Origin: an uncultured virus (IMG/VR IMGVR_UViG_3300034279_000149)
Lineage: Duplodnaviria > Heunggongvirae > Uroviricota > Caudoviricetes
Reading direction: 5' to 3' (one strand)
DNA length: 64,000 bases
Virus record (IMG/VR): IMGVR_UViG_3300034279_000149
The position numbers and the translations under genes were made by a program. The notes beneath the pieces were generated by a model. It had not been told where the DNA came from and did no database searches. It saw only the letters and a program-made list of their open reading frames with translations. Shown here piece by piece: positions 55,301 to 64,000 of the stretch (positions are counted from its first letter, which is position 1; every line of letters starts with the position of its first letter).

Positions 55301-58300
55301 ATGGCGCGAGTAGAAATCCCAGGAGTAGGTATTGTCCAGTTTCCTGATAGTATGCCCCGTGACGAAATTATGGCTCGGGCAGAAGCCATGCAGTCTCAAG
55401 CTAACAAACCGCTACTTGATCCTAGGGACTTGGGTGCTGGACAGCTACTCAAAGGTGGTTTTAGCCGTGGCATAGAGGGTTTAAAAGGCACAGCCCTTGA
55501 CCTTATTCCAGCACTGGGTGGATCTCTTTTTGGTAAAGACGAATACGCTAAAGAGCAGATGCAGGAATACCGAGACCGTATGGCGGCTGAAGAAGCTATT
55601 AATCCTACGGCGTATAAAGGCTTTAAAGACATTCAGGGTATTGGTGATTTTGGTGGGTTCGTTGCTGAAACTACTGGTGAAGTTGCAACCGACATTGCCT
55701 CATTCTTGCTAGGCGCTGGTGCTGGTACTCTTGCAGGTAAGGCGATTGCTAAGAAAAGCGCAGCCGCAGCATTAAAAGAGAAGTTGCCTGAGCAGGTGGC
55801 TAAAAGACAATTAGCAGAAGATGTAGCTAGTAAACTAGAACAGCGTGTTTTAAGCAGTGCTGCAGCGCAAGGCGCCAATATTGGCAGCACCGTTGGTCTG
55901 TTTGGCACGTCCATGGGTCAGAGTATCCCTGAGACCCTTAACAGCATTTATGAAGAAACACAGGATTTAGCCCCTGGATTAGCGATTACGTTTGGTTCGC
56001 TTAAAGGCGCATTAGATACATACTTACCTAGCAAGATCTTAAAACAACTTGGACCCGCAGGTAAGGACCGTGTTGCAGCAGCAATGCTAGAGAAATCTGA
56101 CCTTGTTCCAGTTAACTTTAAGCGTGCCTTCCTTACTGAACTTGCTAAAACTAGTGGCGGCGAAGCAATAACTGAATCTACACAGCAAGCGATTGACATA
56201 GTTGCAGCACAAGTAGCTGGTGGTAAAGATCCGTTCTTCTCGCCAAAAAACATTGATAACATCTTGTTTGCAGGTCTTAAAGGTGCAGTAGGTGGTGGTA
56301 CATTTGGTGCTCCTGGCGCAGCCATGGAAGCTAGCCGTGCTAAGTCCGCCGCCGCAGCTGAAATTAATCGCCGTGCACAAGCTGGCGAAATTACAAAAGA
56401 AGACCAACAACAGCAGCTTCTTGCCTTAGAATACAAACCGTTTACTCCTGTAGCTTTACCTGATGGCACCGTTATCACGACCCAGGAAGAACTCGATGCG
56501 TATGAACAGCGTCAGTTTGACAGTAGGTTTGCCCCACAAGATGCGGATAAAGCGGCTCCTTTACAGTTGGGTATGTCTACACCAACTATGCCTGTAGGAC
56601 CAGAAGGCCAGGTATACCCAGACATCCAGACAATGCGGGCTGAGCAAGAGCGTCAAGCAGCTCAAGCAGAACAACAAGCGTTTGAAGCACGTACTGCACC
56701 GCAAAATGTTGAAGGTTATCAACCTGATCTGTTTCCGCAAGAACTAGAGTTAGCTCAGGCACAAGAAAACGTAGGTGGTTTACCCCCTACAATCGACCAA
56801 GCACTAGCTGGACCACCTACTGGACCCCTTGCTTCACGGGAGTTTACAACCTCTGGGCTTACACCAGATGTAGCTTCCGCCGAATTTAAAACGGTGCTTG
56901 ATGCAGATTCTTTGAAGGGAACTGGTCTCACACCACAGTCTGGTTTTTACAAAAAACTTCTTAACAAAGACTTAACTGATCCCGCTGACCAGGCGGCTGT
57001 ACGTGACATACTTGTACAAGTAAGAACAAACCCCAATTTATCCAATTCGACTAAACAAGCCGTTGAGAGTCTTGCATTACAGGCATTTGGTGCGCTTGGG
57101 CAGCAGACTAATGTTGTCGGACCCCGAGGCGGTATAAGGAGAGACGTAAATTATGGAAGAAATCAACCTGGATCACCTGTCAGTGAAGCAGATCGAGAGA
57201 GCGTTCAAGTACCTAGCGAATCCGTACGAGAGGAATCCACCGCAGGAACTGGAGAACTTGGACAAGAAGGAGTGGTACCAACTGGAGGCACTACTAGTGA
57301 GCTTGGAGACGGAAAAACAATTCAGTCAGGTACATTAGAGGATCAGATAAATGAGTCCAAAACTGAGGCTAAAACTGCTAAGCCTGCTGCTGAAGCTACC
57401 CCTGCCAAAAAAGCTACTGCAAAAGCTACTCCGCCTGCTGCTCCTAAAAAATTAACCAGACAAGAACGTGGGTTCTTAGAGGATCAAGTACTTAGCTTAA
57501 GAGCTGACTATAGTCTAGCTAAAGACCCAGAAACTAAGGCAGCCATTAAAGCAGAGATTGATGCTACTGAGCGTGATCTTAAACAAGGTAAGGCACAAGT
57601 AGGTGAAGGTGCCGCTGCGTTTACAGGTGATGTAGCTAAGCTGGCAAAAGATTTACGTGCTGCCCTAGATAAGATGGGACTTGGCGGTATTGGCTTAAGA
57701 TTAGAAAAGGCGCTTACTACTACAGAGGGTACAAGTGCCCAAGGTATGTATGCTAATAAGGTGATTCAAGTTGCTTTAAACGCAAACGATCCAACTTATA
57801 CTCTTAACCACGAAGCTCTGCATGCTATGAAAGAGATGGGATTCTTCTCCAATGCGGATTGGAACATCTTAAGCAATATGGCACGTAATACTTGGATGAA
57901 GCAGTACGGTATTGAAGCCAAGTACCCTGACCTTTCTAAAGAATCACAGATTGAAGAAGCTATTGCTGAAGCCTTTGCAACTTTCCAACAGCAGTCATCA
58001 CAAACCCAAAGCATATTAACTAAGGCTATAAACGCTTTACGTAGGCTTGGTAACTTCTTGCGTGGGTATGGCTATCAAGTATCTGAAGATATTCTCGGCA
58101 AAGCTGCTAGTGGGCAGTTGGCTAAAGATCGTGCCAACATAATCAAAGAATTCAACAACTACCTAGATACAATCCCCAACAGCGAGGTTAAGTATCAGGT
58201 TGCCGCACAGAAAGAAATCTTTACAGGTGTAGATAAGGTTATTCGTGCCGTACCTAACTTAAGCAATAATCAGAAAGCTGCAATAAGCGAGGGTATAAAA

Positions 58301-60973
58301 GTTGCAGGTGATGCGGGCAAGTCGGCTATTCTGTCTTTACTGCCTATGCACGCTTTGGGTGAGGTAGCTGATGGGGTATTTCCCCGCCTTGGCACAACGT
58401 TCAATCGTTTAATTAACCAGCGTAGTGGCTATCAAGATACCCTAAATCGTGGGATCGACTCCGTTATTACTGAGGCTAAACGGGCAATTAAAGCCAACCC
58501 AGAACAGCATAAAGCGTTTGATACGCTGGTTAACACAAGCACTGTTGAGGAAGTAGACCCAACCAACCTACGTTCTAAATACGAGAACGACCCAGAGAAA
58601 CTAGCTACCTACGACAAACTTGTTAAAGAGTACACCAAGCTAGATAAAGTTTGGAAAGACCTTTATGTCACCATGCGTGGTGGCTACAAGCAGATGTACG
58701 AAGAAGTTAAGAAGGCGATTACTACTCGAATCGACGATACTGATTTAGATGCAACTACCAAAAAAAGCGTTAAAGATAGCATTTTATTAAAGCTCGCTGA
58801 GCAGGGCATGATTGAGCCCTACTTTGGTTTAGGTCGTGAAGGTTCTTATTGGCTTGCTGCTGACTATAAAGATAAGTCTGGACAGCAACAAACTACCGTA
58901 GAAGCGTTTAAGTCTGACTACGAGCGTAAGAATCGCATGGAACAGTTGCAAGCCATGGGTGCTACTCGTATTGAGCCCTATGCCAACGTAGCTGCGGTTA
59001 ACTATCGCCGTGCACCTTCTGGCTCGTTTGTAAGTAGTGTTCTGAATATTTTAGAAACAAACAAACCTAAAGACGATGTTGCTGCTAAGCGCTTTGATAC
59101 AGCCATCGACGAGATGATGCGTCTGTTCCTAACCACTTTACCTGAGACTGCATTTGCGCAGTCGTTCCAAAAGCGTAAAGGTACTGCTGGTTACATGGAA
59201 GATACTATCGGCGTCTTTGAACGTAAGATGCGTAACAGTGCACATCAGGTAGCTAATATGGTTTACAGCCCTAAATTAACTGGGGTGGTAGATACAATGC
59301 GGGAGCAGACAGCTACAGCGGGTGCTAGTGGACAAGGTAATGCGCTTCAAAAAGAATACCTATCCGAGTTTGAAAAGCACCTGGATTATGTACTTAGCCC
59401 AACCAAGAATGACATCGGCAGTATTCTGACCTCGGCAGCGTTTACCTACACTCTCGGCTTTAACGTATCTTCTGCGTTAGTCAACATGGCTAACATACCA
59501 ATGATCGTAGCTCCATATCTTAAGGGTAAATACGGCGATGCTTCCGTAGCCCGTGCAATAGGTGATGCGACTAAGGCGTTTACTGGTAGCGGAACAAAAA
59601 CGAACATGCCTGTAATCGGTGCTGACGGTAGAACTACCGCTATGCGTGTAATGCCTTCTATTACTAACTATGCACCTGATTCAGAAATGGGTAAGCGTTA
59701 CGCTACGTTGATTCGTATTGGTAATGAGCAGGGACAGTTCAACCGTTCACAGCTTTATGAGATCCTGAATGCCGACACCCGCACGGGAGTAATGGCTAAG
59801 TTCAACGCTATATCTGGCTGGATGTTCCACCACGGCGAACGTATGAACCGTGAAGTTACCCTAGTATCTGCGTACAACCTTGAGCTGGATCGCCTTAAAA
59901 AGCAGGGTATTACTGGACCAGAGGCAGAAGCCCAGGCAGCGCAAACCGCTATCTATACAACTGAGTTAACAAACGGTGGTATCTCCGCCGCTGCGGCCCC
60001 ACGCATTGCTCAGAATTCCCTTGGTAAGATCTTTTTCATGTACAAGCGGTACGGTATTTCGATGTACTACATGATGTTTAAGACCGCCAAAGAAGCCTTG
60101 AAAGGCGAAACTCCAGAGGTGCGTCAAGCCGCATTTAAGCAATTAGGTGGAATCGTCGGTATGTCTGCATTGATGGCTGGTGCACAGGGTATCCCCATGT
60201 TCGGTGCATTGTCCTTGGTATATAGCTTGTTTACCGATGAAGATGAAGACAATTTAGATGCAGTTACTCAGAAGACTTTAGGCGATTTCTTATACAAAGG
60301 TCCTTTGGAGTACCTAACCAACCTGTCGATTGCTGGTCGTATTACGCTAAACGACTTAATCATTCGTGATGCCCCACAAAGCAACGCATCGACCTTTACC
60401 CAGCAGGTGATACAAGCCATAGGCGGACCTGTATTCGGTGTTGTTGACCGTGTATCTAGGGGTTACAGCAAGATAAACGAGGGTAATTTTGGGCGAGGCA
60501 TAGAAGACTTATTACCATCCGCTGTTTCCAACGGATTTAAAGCGCTTCGTTATGGCTCTGAAGGTACTAAGACGTTACGTGGTGATCCTATTACTGGAGA
60601 AGTTAGCCTCTTTAACGTGGTTGGTCAGGCACTTGGTTTTGCCCCTGCCGATTACACCCGTCAGGTTGAGATCAACGCCCGTGAAAAAGGTATTGATAAA
60701 GCAATTAGCACGCAAGCCAGTAAGCAGAAGCAGAAGTATTACATGGCTAAACGTGAAGGCGATATAGAGGGTATGGAAGAAGCTCGGGAAAAGCTACTTG
60801 AAATTGGTGCTAAACACCCTGGTTTAGAGATTACCCCTGGCAATGTGAATGATGTACTGAACCGATCTATGAAGGCGCAGGAACGTGCGACTAACGATAT
60901 GATTAACGGGGCTAGGTACAACAAGAAGCGCCTTGAAGAAATCAAAGCCAGCCTAGCTGAATACGAAGATTAA
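55301..60973 (+). CDS. Giant internal virion protein, polyvalent type (zincin-like domain, PLxRFG-like region)
   Basis: 1890 aa; HEALH...EEAIAE; YFGLGREGSYW; last late gene. Confidence 0.75.
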   Translation: MARVEIPGVGIVQFPDSMPRDEIMARAEAMQSQANKPLLDPRDLGAGQLLKGGFSRGIEGLKGTALDLIPALGGSLFGKDEYAKEQMQEYRDRMAAEEAINPTAYKGFKDIQGIGDFGGFVAETTGEVATDIASFLLGAGAGTLAGKAIAKKSAAAALKEKLPEQVAKRQLAEDVASKLEQRVLSSAAAQGANIGSTVGLFGTSMGQSIPETLNSIYEETQDLAPGLAITFGSLKGALDTYLPSKILKQLGPAGKDRVAAAMLEKSDLVPVNFKRAFLTELAKTSGGEAITESTQQAIDIVAAQVAGGKDPFFSPKNIDNILFAGLKGAVGGGTFGAPGAAMEASRAKSAAAAEINRRAQAGEITKEDQQQQLLALEYKPFTPVALPDGTVITTQEELDAYEQRQFDSRFAPQDADKAAPLQLGMSTPTMPVGPEGQVYPDIQTMRAEQERQAAQAEQQAFEARTAPQNVEGYQPDLFPQELELAQAQENVGGLPPTIDQALAGPPTGPLASREFTTSGLTPDVASAEFKTVLDADSLKGTGLTPQSGFYKKLLNKDLTDPADQAAVRDILVQVRTNPNLSNSTKQAVESLALQAFGALGQQTNVVGPRGGIRRDVNYGRNQPGSPVSEADRESVQVPSESVREESTAGTGELGQEGVVPTGGTTSELGDGKTIQSGTLEDQINESKTEAKTAKPAAEATPAKKATAKATPPAAPKKLTRQERGFLEDQVLSLRADYSLAKDPETKAAIKAEIDATERDLKQGKAQVGEGAAAFTGDVAKLAKDLRAALDKMGLGGIGLRLEKALTTTEGTSAQGMYANKVIQVALNANDPTYTLNHEALHAMKEMGFFSNADWNILSNMARNTWMKQYGIEAKYPDLSKESQIEEAIAEAFATFQQQSSQTQSILTKAINALRRLGNFLRGYGYQVSEDILGKAASGQLAKDRANIIKEFNNYLDTIPNSEVKYQVAAQKEIFTGVDKVIRAVPNLSNNQKAAISEGIKVAGDAGKSAILSLLPMHALGEVADGVFPRLGTTFNRLINQRSGYQDTLNRGIDSVITEAKRAIKANPEQHKAFDTLVNTSTVEEVDPTNLRSKYENDPEKLATYDKLVKEYTKLDKVWKDLYVTMRGGYKQMYEEVKKAITTRIDDTDLDATTKKSVKDSILLKLAEQGMIEPYFGLGREGSYWLAADYKDKSGQQQTTVEAFKSDYERKNRMEQLQAMGATRIEPYANVAAVNYRRAPSGSFVSSVLNILETNKPKDDVAAKRFDTAIDEMMRLFLTTLPETAFAQSFQKRKGTAGYMEDTIGVFERKMRNSAHQVANMVYSPKLTGVVDTMREQTATAGASGQGNALQKEYLSEFEKHLDYVLSPTKNDIGSILTSAAFTYTLGFNVSSALVNMANIPMIVAPYLKGKYGDASVARAIGDATKAFTGSGTKTNMPVIGADGRTTAMRVMPSITNYAPDSEMGKRYATLIRIGNEQGQFNRSQLYEILNADTRTGVMAKFNAISGWMFHHGERMNREVTLVSAYNLELDRLKKQGITGPEAEAQAAQTAIYTTELTNGGISAAAAPRIAQNSLGKIFFMYKRYGISMYYMMFKTAKEALKGETPEVRQAAFKQLGGIVGMSALMAGAQGIPMFGALSLVYSLFTDEDEDNLDAVTQKTLGDFLYKGPLEYLTNLSIAGRITLNDLIIRDAPQSNASTFTQQVIQAIGGPVFGVVDRVSRGYSKINEGNFGRGIEDLLPSAVSNGFKALRYGSEGTKTLRGDPITGEVSLFNVVGQALGFAPADYTRQVEINAREKGIDKAISTQASKQKQKYYMAKREGDIEGMEEAREKLLEIGAKHPGLEITPGNVNDVLNRSMKAQERATNDMINGARYNKKRLEEIKASLAEYED
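57153..57338 (+). CDS. Nested out-of-frame small gene (61 aa)
   Basis: TAAGGAG at 57135-57141; ordered-looking product; the host frame is a low-complexity linker here. Confidence 0.5.
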   Translation: MEEINLDHLSVKQIERAFKYLANPYERNPPQELENLDKKEWYQLEALLVSLETEKQFSQVH

Positions 60974-61000
60974 AAAAATCCCCACGGTTAGGTGGGGATT
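60972..61000. terminator. Terminator between the convergent arms
   Basis: A7-flanked AATCCCCAC-GGTTAG-GTGGGGATT. Confidence 0.8.
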
Positions 61001-61056
61001 CAAGGGGTTCCTCACGTCTGGAGAACTAGCAACAGGAGAGTTGCCTAGAAAGTATA

Positions 61057-61329
61057 TTACAAAATTCGCCAAAAACGCATACCTAATTTTCCAGATTCAA
61101 TTCGATCAAATCCTTTGATTCGCATTTGCTTATTGTTTGCAACCTTTTGCATCTGTTTGTTTAACCTTGTTAAGTTAACCGCAGGAATAAAAACTGAAGT
61201 GCCTATCTCAAAAGCACCCCAGTTAATATCAATAACCACTCCGTCAGGACAGACTTGCCCCTCCCTCATCACCCTCAAGGGTGGCCTTGTGTTGCGCTGC
61301 TGCGGCGATTTCTTCTTCTCGGTCATCAT
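61057..61329 (-). CDS. Hypothetical protein downstream of the primase (start uncertain)
   Basis: INWGAFEIGTSVFIP...LGMRFWR. Confidence 0.65.
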   Translation of the reverse strand: MMTEKKKSPQQRNTRPPLRVMREGQVCPDGVVIDINWGAFEIGTSVFIPAVNLTRLNKQMQKVANNKQMRIKGFDRIESGKLGMRFWRIL

Positions 61330-64000
61330 CTAAGAACCCTTCACAATTAACCCACAGTACATCTGCGCTAGGCAAACTCATGCGAGTACCCTTACCCATA
61401 CGCTTCTTATCAATCTTGGCTTTAGTTCTGCCACGTCTCAAAGAGTCAATAAACCCCTCGTAGTTGATTTGTTGTTTGATGCACCATTCTTTTAGGGGCT
61501 TCATGTACAGGAACAGCATCTTCAAGTCATACTCGTACCGTGCTATCAACGATACACGTGGGGTCGCATCGGGAATAACCAAGTGATCTAGGTCATTTTT
61601 ACCTACTGTACGGGCATCCTCGGTGCTCTTAATACGGAGCACGTTGTTGTAATTCTCAGCAAGGTAGTTAGTCAGGGTAGTTTCGGCATCAACATCCATG
61701 GACTTGACCTGCTCTTGCAGTAAACCTACTACGTGCTTGAGCCATCTAACCGTGTTGCCAATGTCGTAATCAATCAAGCCAACCTTCTTAGCCACCATCA
61801 AACCCATAATCCCGTCTGCTACCAATACGGAGTGGAATCGGTCCGCAGGTGTAAAGCCACATGCCTTATCAAGTTTCTGCTGTGTTGTCTTATACAGAGC
61901 CTTCATACCTGGGATGTCATTCATCACATACTGCAGGAACGGCAGAGCCGCATGCCCGTAGTTGTTCAGAATCTTCTCGCTGAGTTCGTCGGTTTCGACC
62001 TTATCAAGGCCTGGAACAGGCTTAGCCCTTACTTCGAGGATACGCATCGCCTCTCCTTTTGGAAGCGCTTTATACGTACCAATCTTCTCCATAACACTTG
62101 TGTTGCCTGTACTTACTCCAGTCTGTTTCCAAGGCTCTTCGCCACGGGTGCGTTCTTGATTCGACGACCCACTCATACGGTTTCTTTGCGAGCCTGACGT
62201 GTATTGGTACACGAAGTCGCTTAGTTCTTTAGCCGTAGAGTTTGTAACCTCGTCCATTGGTAGGAAGATGTTGTTGTATAACTCGGCACGGTTCATCTTG
62301 GACGCCGCAGTATCAGCTTCTTTTAAGACTATCTTGGTTGGATTACCCCAAACACTAGCCCCTGCATACAGCGCAGTGGTCTTACCAATACCCGAATCAG
62401 GACTAAAGACGTGCAGTAATGCACCGTTAACCGAGCCAAACTTACTAAATATCGAGCCGAAAGCTAAACCCAGCACGAACTGATGCACTTCCATTCCTGG
62501 CTTATTGTAGAAAGCCATGGCTTCTTTCCATTTATCCAACGTGCCTTTGTGTTCAAAAGCCGAGAATAGCTGGGCAGTAGCCGCAGATGGGGGGTTGTGA
62601 TCTACACGGTCTGCACGAATCTCTTTGTCGCCAAGAATAAAGGCTTCGCACTTATCGTCAGTCCAGCCGAATTGTCTACGAGCAGTGTCCGCTTTAGAAC
62701 TATATTGCATGTGGTTTACCCAAGTTGTTACGTACGACATAATCTCGTCTGTCTTTACTACCGCTACGCCATGCGATGACATGTATTTGCGTATTTCGTC
62801 TTTAGATGTAACCGCAGATAGCGGTATTGTGAATTCTTTAACACCGTCTTTTGGTAGGTGTAATCGAACGACTACGGCTTCTCCGACATCGGAGTCCAAT
62901 AAACGACGTGTTACATACAGGTCGTTGTGGTAAATCATTACTTCTACGTTGTCTTCTTCCTTGATGATGCGTTTAAATATGCCACCATTCTTGCCGCGGA
63001 AGTACGGCTCAGGGTATTTCGGTATAACGTATGTCTGTGTGTGCCCTTGGTCTACGTCCGCTGGGCTATCTTCTACTATGTTGTCTTCGTCAGTTGCTTC
63101 CTGTACTTCCCGACCCAGCACGATAGGTGACTTCAGCACCCCTTTATTAGGGCATCCGTCGCACCCGCCTGGGTTAAATTCTTCAAACTTTGCACAGGTA
63201 TATGGTCCGCCTTTGATGTTACGTACCTTGCGATCAGCAAATTCAGGGCTGTATTCGGGGTGTCCCGAGGATAACTTTTCAATCGCTTTTTCTGCATCAA
63301 TACAAAATTTGGCGATAGATAAGCCTGCTCTCCACATCGGTTCCGACATGGTTGCTTGGTTCTCATAAATATACTTTAACTGCTGGCATCCGTCACCGTC
63401 TTTGGTGCGCATCATGATAGTTCTAAACCGATTTGTGTAATTACCTAGGATCGCCTTGGTAACTTCGTCCATCTCTCCTCGTGGGATATAGGATGGTCTG
63501 ACTAATATAGGTTCCCCTATAACATCTTTTAGTGTGTCTATCTCGTATGAGCTACATGAGCTACCGATTAACGTAACGTCTCGGGCTTCATCAAGTTTAA
63601 AGTTCAGAGTTCCTGGAACTCGTAGGATTCGTACCGAGTCTGCTGTAACTACGGGGTCAGCAAACAGGTCATTATCGTCACACATCTTCTTTAGCTTCTC
63701 AGCCAAAGGCAACCACTCTGCCCGTGATACGGGTTCGGCTAAAGGCCAATAGGCATGCACACCCCCACCAGAGTTAACTAGTGCTGGTCTTGGCATCTTG
63801 GTCTCTTTACAGAACGCTTTTAACCCAGCAATAGCTTCTACTTGTGTTGGGTATGGCTTACCTGGGCCACAATCAAGATCGACGAACAACGACCTAAGTT
63901 GTTTAACGTTTGCAGTTTTACGTGACTTTCCATCCTCGAACGTAGCCAATGCGTAATACGCATCATAGCCCTCGTTCTTCAGGTTCTCAGCAACTTTGAC
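61244..64000 (-). CDS. Primase / DUF927 helicase-like replication protein (5' end beyond the window)
   Basis: Frame is open to the edge; FVDLD, VNSGGGVHAYW, RILRVPGT (primase); Cys cluster; QFGW, GIGKTT, MDE. Confidence 0.85.
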   Translation of the reverse strand, partial: VKVAENLKNEGYDAYYALATFEDGKSRKTANVKQLRSLFVDLDCGPGKPYPTQVEAIAGLKAFCKETKMPRPALVNSGGGVHAYWPLAEPVSRAEWLPLAEKLKKMCDDNDLFADPVVTADSVRILRVPGTLNFKLDEARDVTLIGSSCSSYEIDTLKDVIGEPILVRPSYIPRGEMDEVTKAILGNYTNRFRTIMMRTKDGDGCQQLKYIYENQATMSEPMWRAGLSIAKFCIDAEKAIEKLSSGHPEYSPEFADRKVRNIKGGPYTCAKFEEFNPGGCDGCPNKGVLKSPIVLGREVQEATDEDNIVEDSPADVDQGHTQTYVIPKYPEPYFRGKNGGIFKRIIKEEDNVEVMIYHNDLYVTRRLLDSDVGEAVVVRLHLPKDGVKEFTIPLSAVTSKDEIRKYMSSHGVAVVKTDEIMSYVTTWVNHMQYSSKADTARRQFGWTDDKCEAFILGDKEIRADRVDHNPPSAATAQLFSAFEHKGTLDKWKEAMAFYNKPGMEVHQFVLGLAFGSIFSKFGSVNGALLHVFSPDSGIGKTTALYAGASVWGNPTKIVLKEADTAASKMNRAELYNNIFLPMDEVTNSTAKELSDFVYQYTSGSQRNRMSGSSNQERTRGEEPWKQTGVSTGNTSVMEKIGTYKALPKGEAMRILEVRAKPVPGLDKVETDELSEKILNNYGHAALPFLQYVMNDIPGMKALYKTTQQKLDKACGFTPADRFHSVLVADGIMGLMVAKKVGLIDYDIGNTVRWLKHVVGLLQEQVKSMDVDAETTLTNYLAENYNNVLRIKSTEDARTVGKNDLDHLVIPDATPRVSLIARYEYDLKMLFLYMKPLKEWCIKQQINYEGFIDSLRRGRTKAKIDKKRMGKGTRMSLPSADVLWVNCEGFLDDDREEEIAAAAQHKATLEGDEGGASLS

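Noticed and set aside
20129..63752. Many antisense and alternate-frame ORFs in the track (e.g. 20129..20788, 41556..41999, 46051..46530, 55948..56478, 61733..62197)
   Set aside because: Shadows of well-supported genes with no RBS or motifs; only 28446..28934, 31661..31933 and 57153..57338 had independent support
1..64000. tRNA genes, introns/inteins or stop-codon reassignment
   Set aside because: No cloverleaf noticed; polA, terL and helicase are uninterrupted and of normal size; ORFs tile the window in the standard code

Overview
The window looks like an almost complete, circularly permuted genome of a tailed dsDNA phage with podovirus-like (P22/HTVC010P-style) organisation. It is cut inside the replication module at both ends: a probable SSB-like gene at the left edge and a primase/DUF927 gene at the right edge. 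The minus-strand arm (about 1-19.7 kb and 61-64 kb) carries early and replication genes: DUF3150, MoxR-like AAA, metallopeptidase/VWA, VRR-NUC, a methyltransferase plus two glycosyltransferases, a family A DNA polymerase (Leu762 type), DUF3310, PD-(D/E)XK nuclease, HNH and SNF2 helicase. The plus-strand arm (20.1-61.0 kb) carries terminase, portal, GroES, scaffold, capsid, many small basic proteins, adaptors, a large set of fibre/C1q-like paralogs, holin/M15 endolysin and ejection proteins, including a 1890-aa polyvalent-type protein. Between the arms is a repeat-rich control region with a probable origin. The most unusual signals are: an 18-bp palindrome (GTTAGTAA-N2-TTACTAAC) in about 10 copies confined to the early arm; a short xxGG tag shared by about 18 sites in small basic and ejection proteins; a Shine-Dalgarno-preceded gene nested out of frame in the giant protein; a 284-bp-period cassette array; two candidate structured RNA leaders; and an unannotated secreted 4-Cys peptide. 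No integrase, tRNA, CRISPR array or reverse transcriptase was seen. All calls come from reading motifs by eye; no database searches were run.
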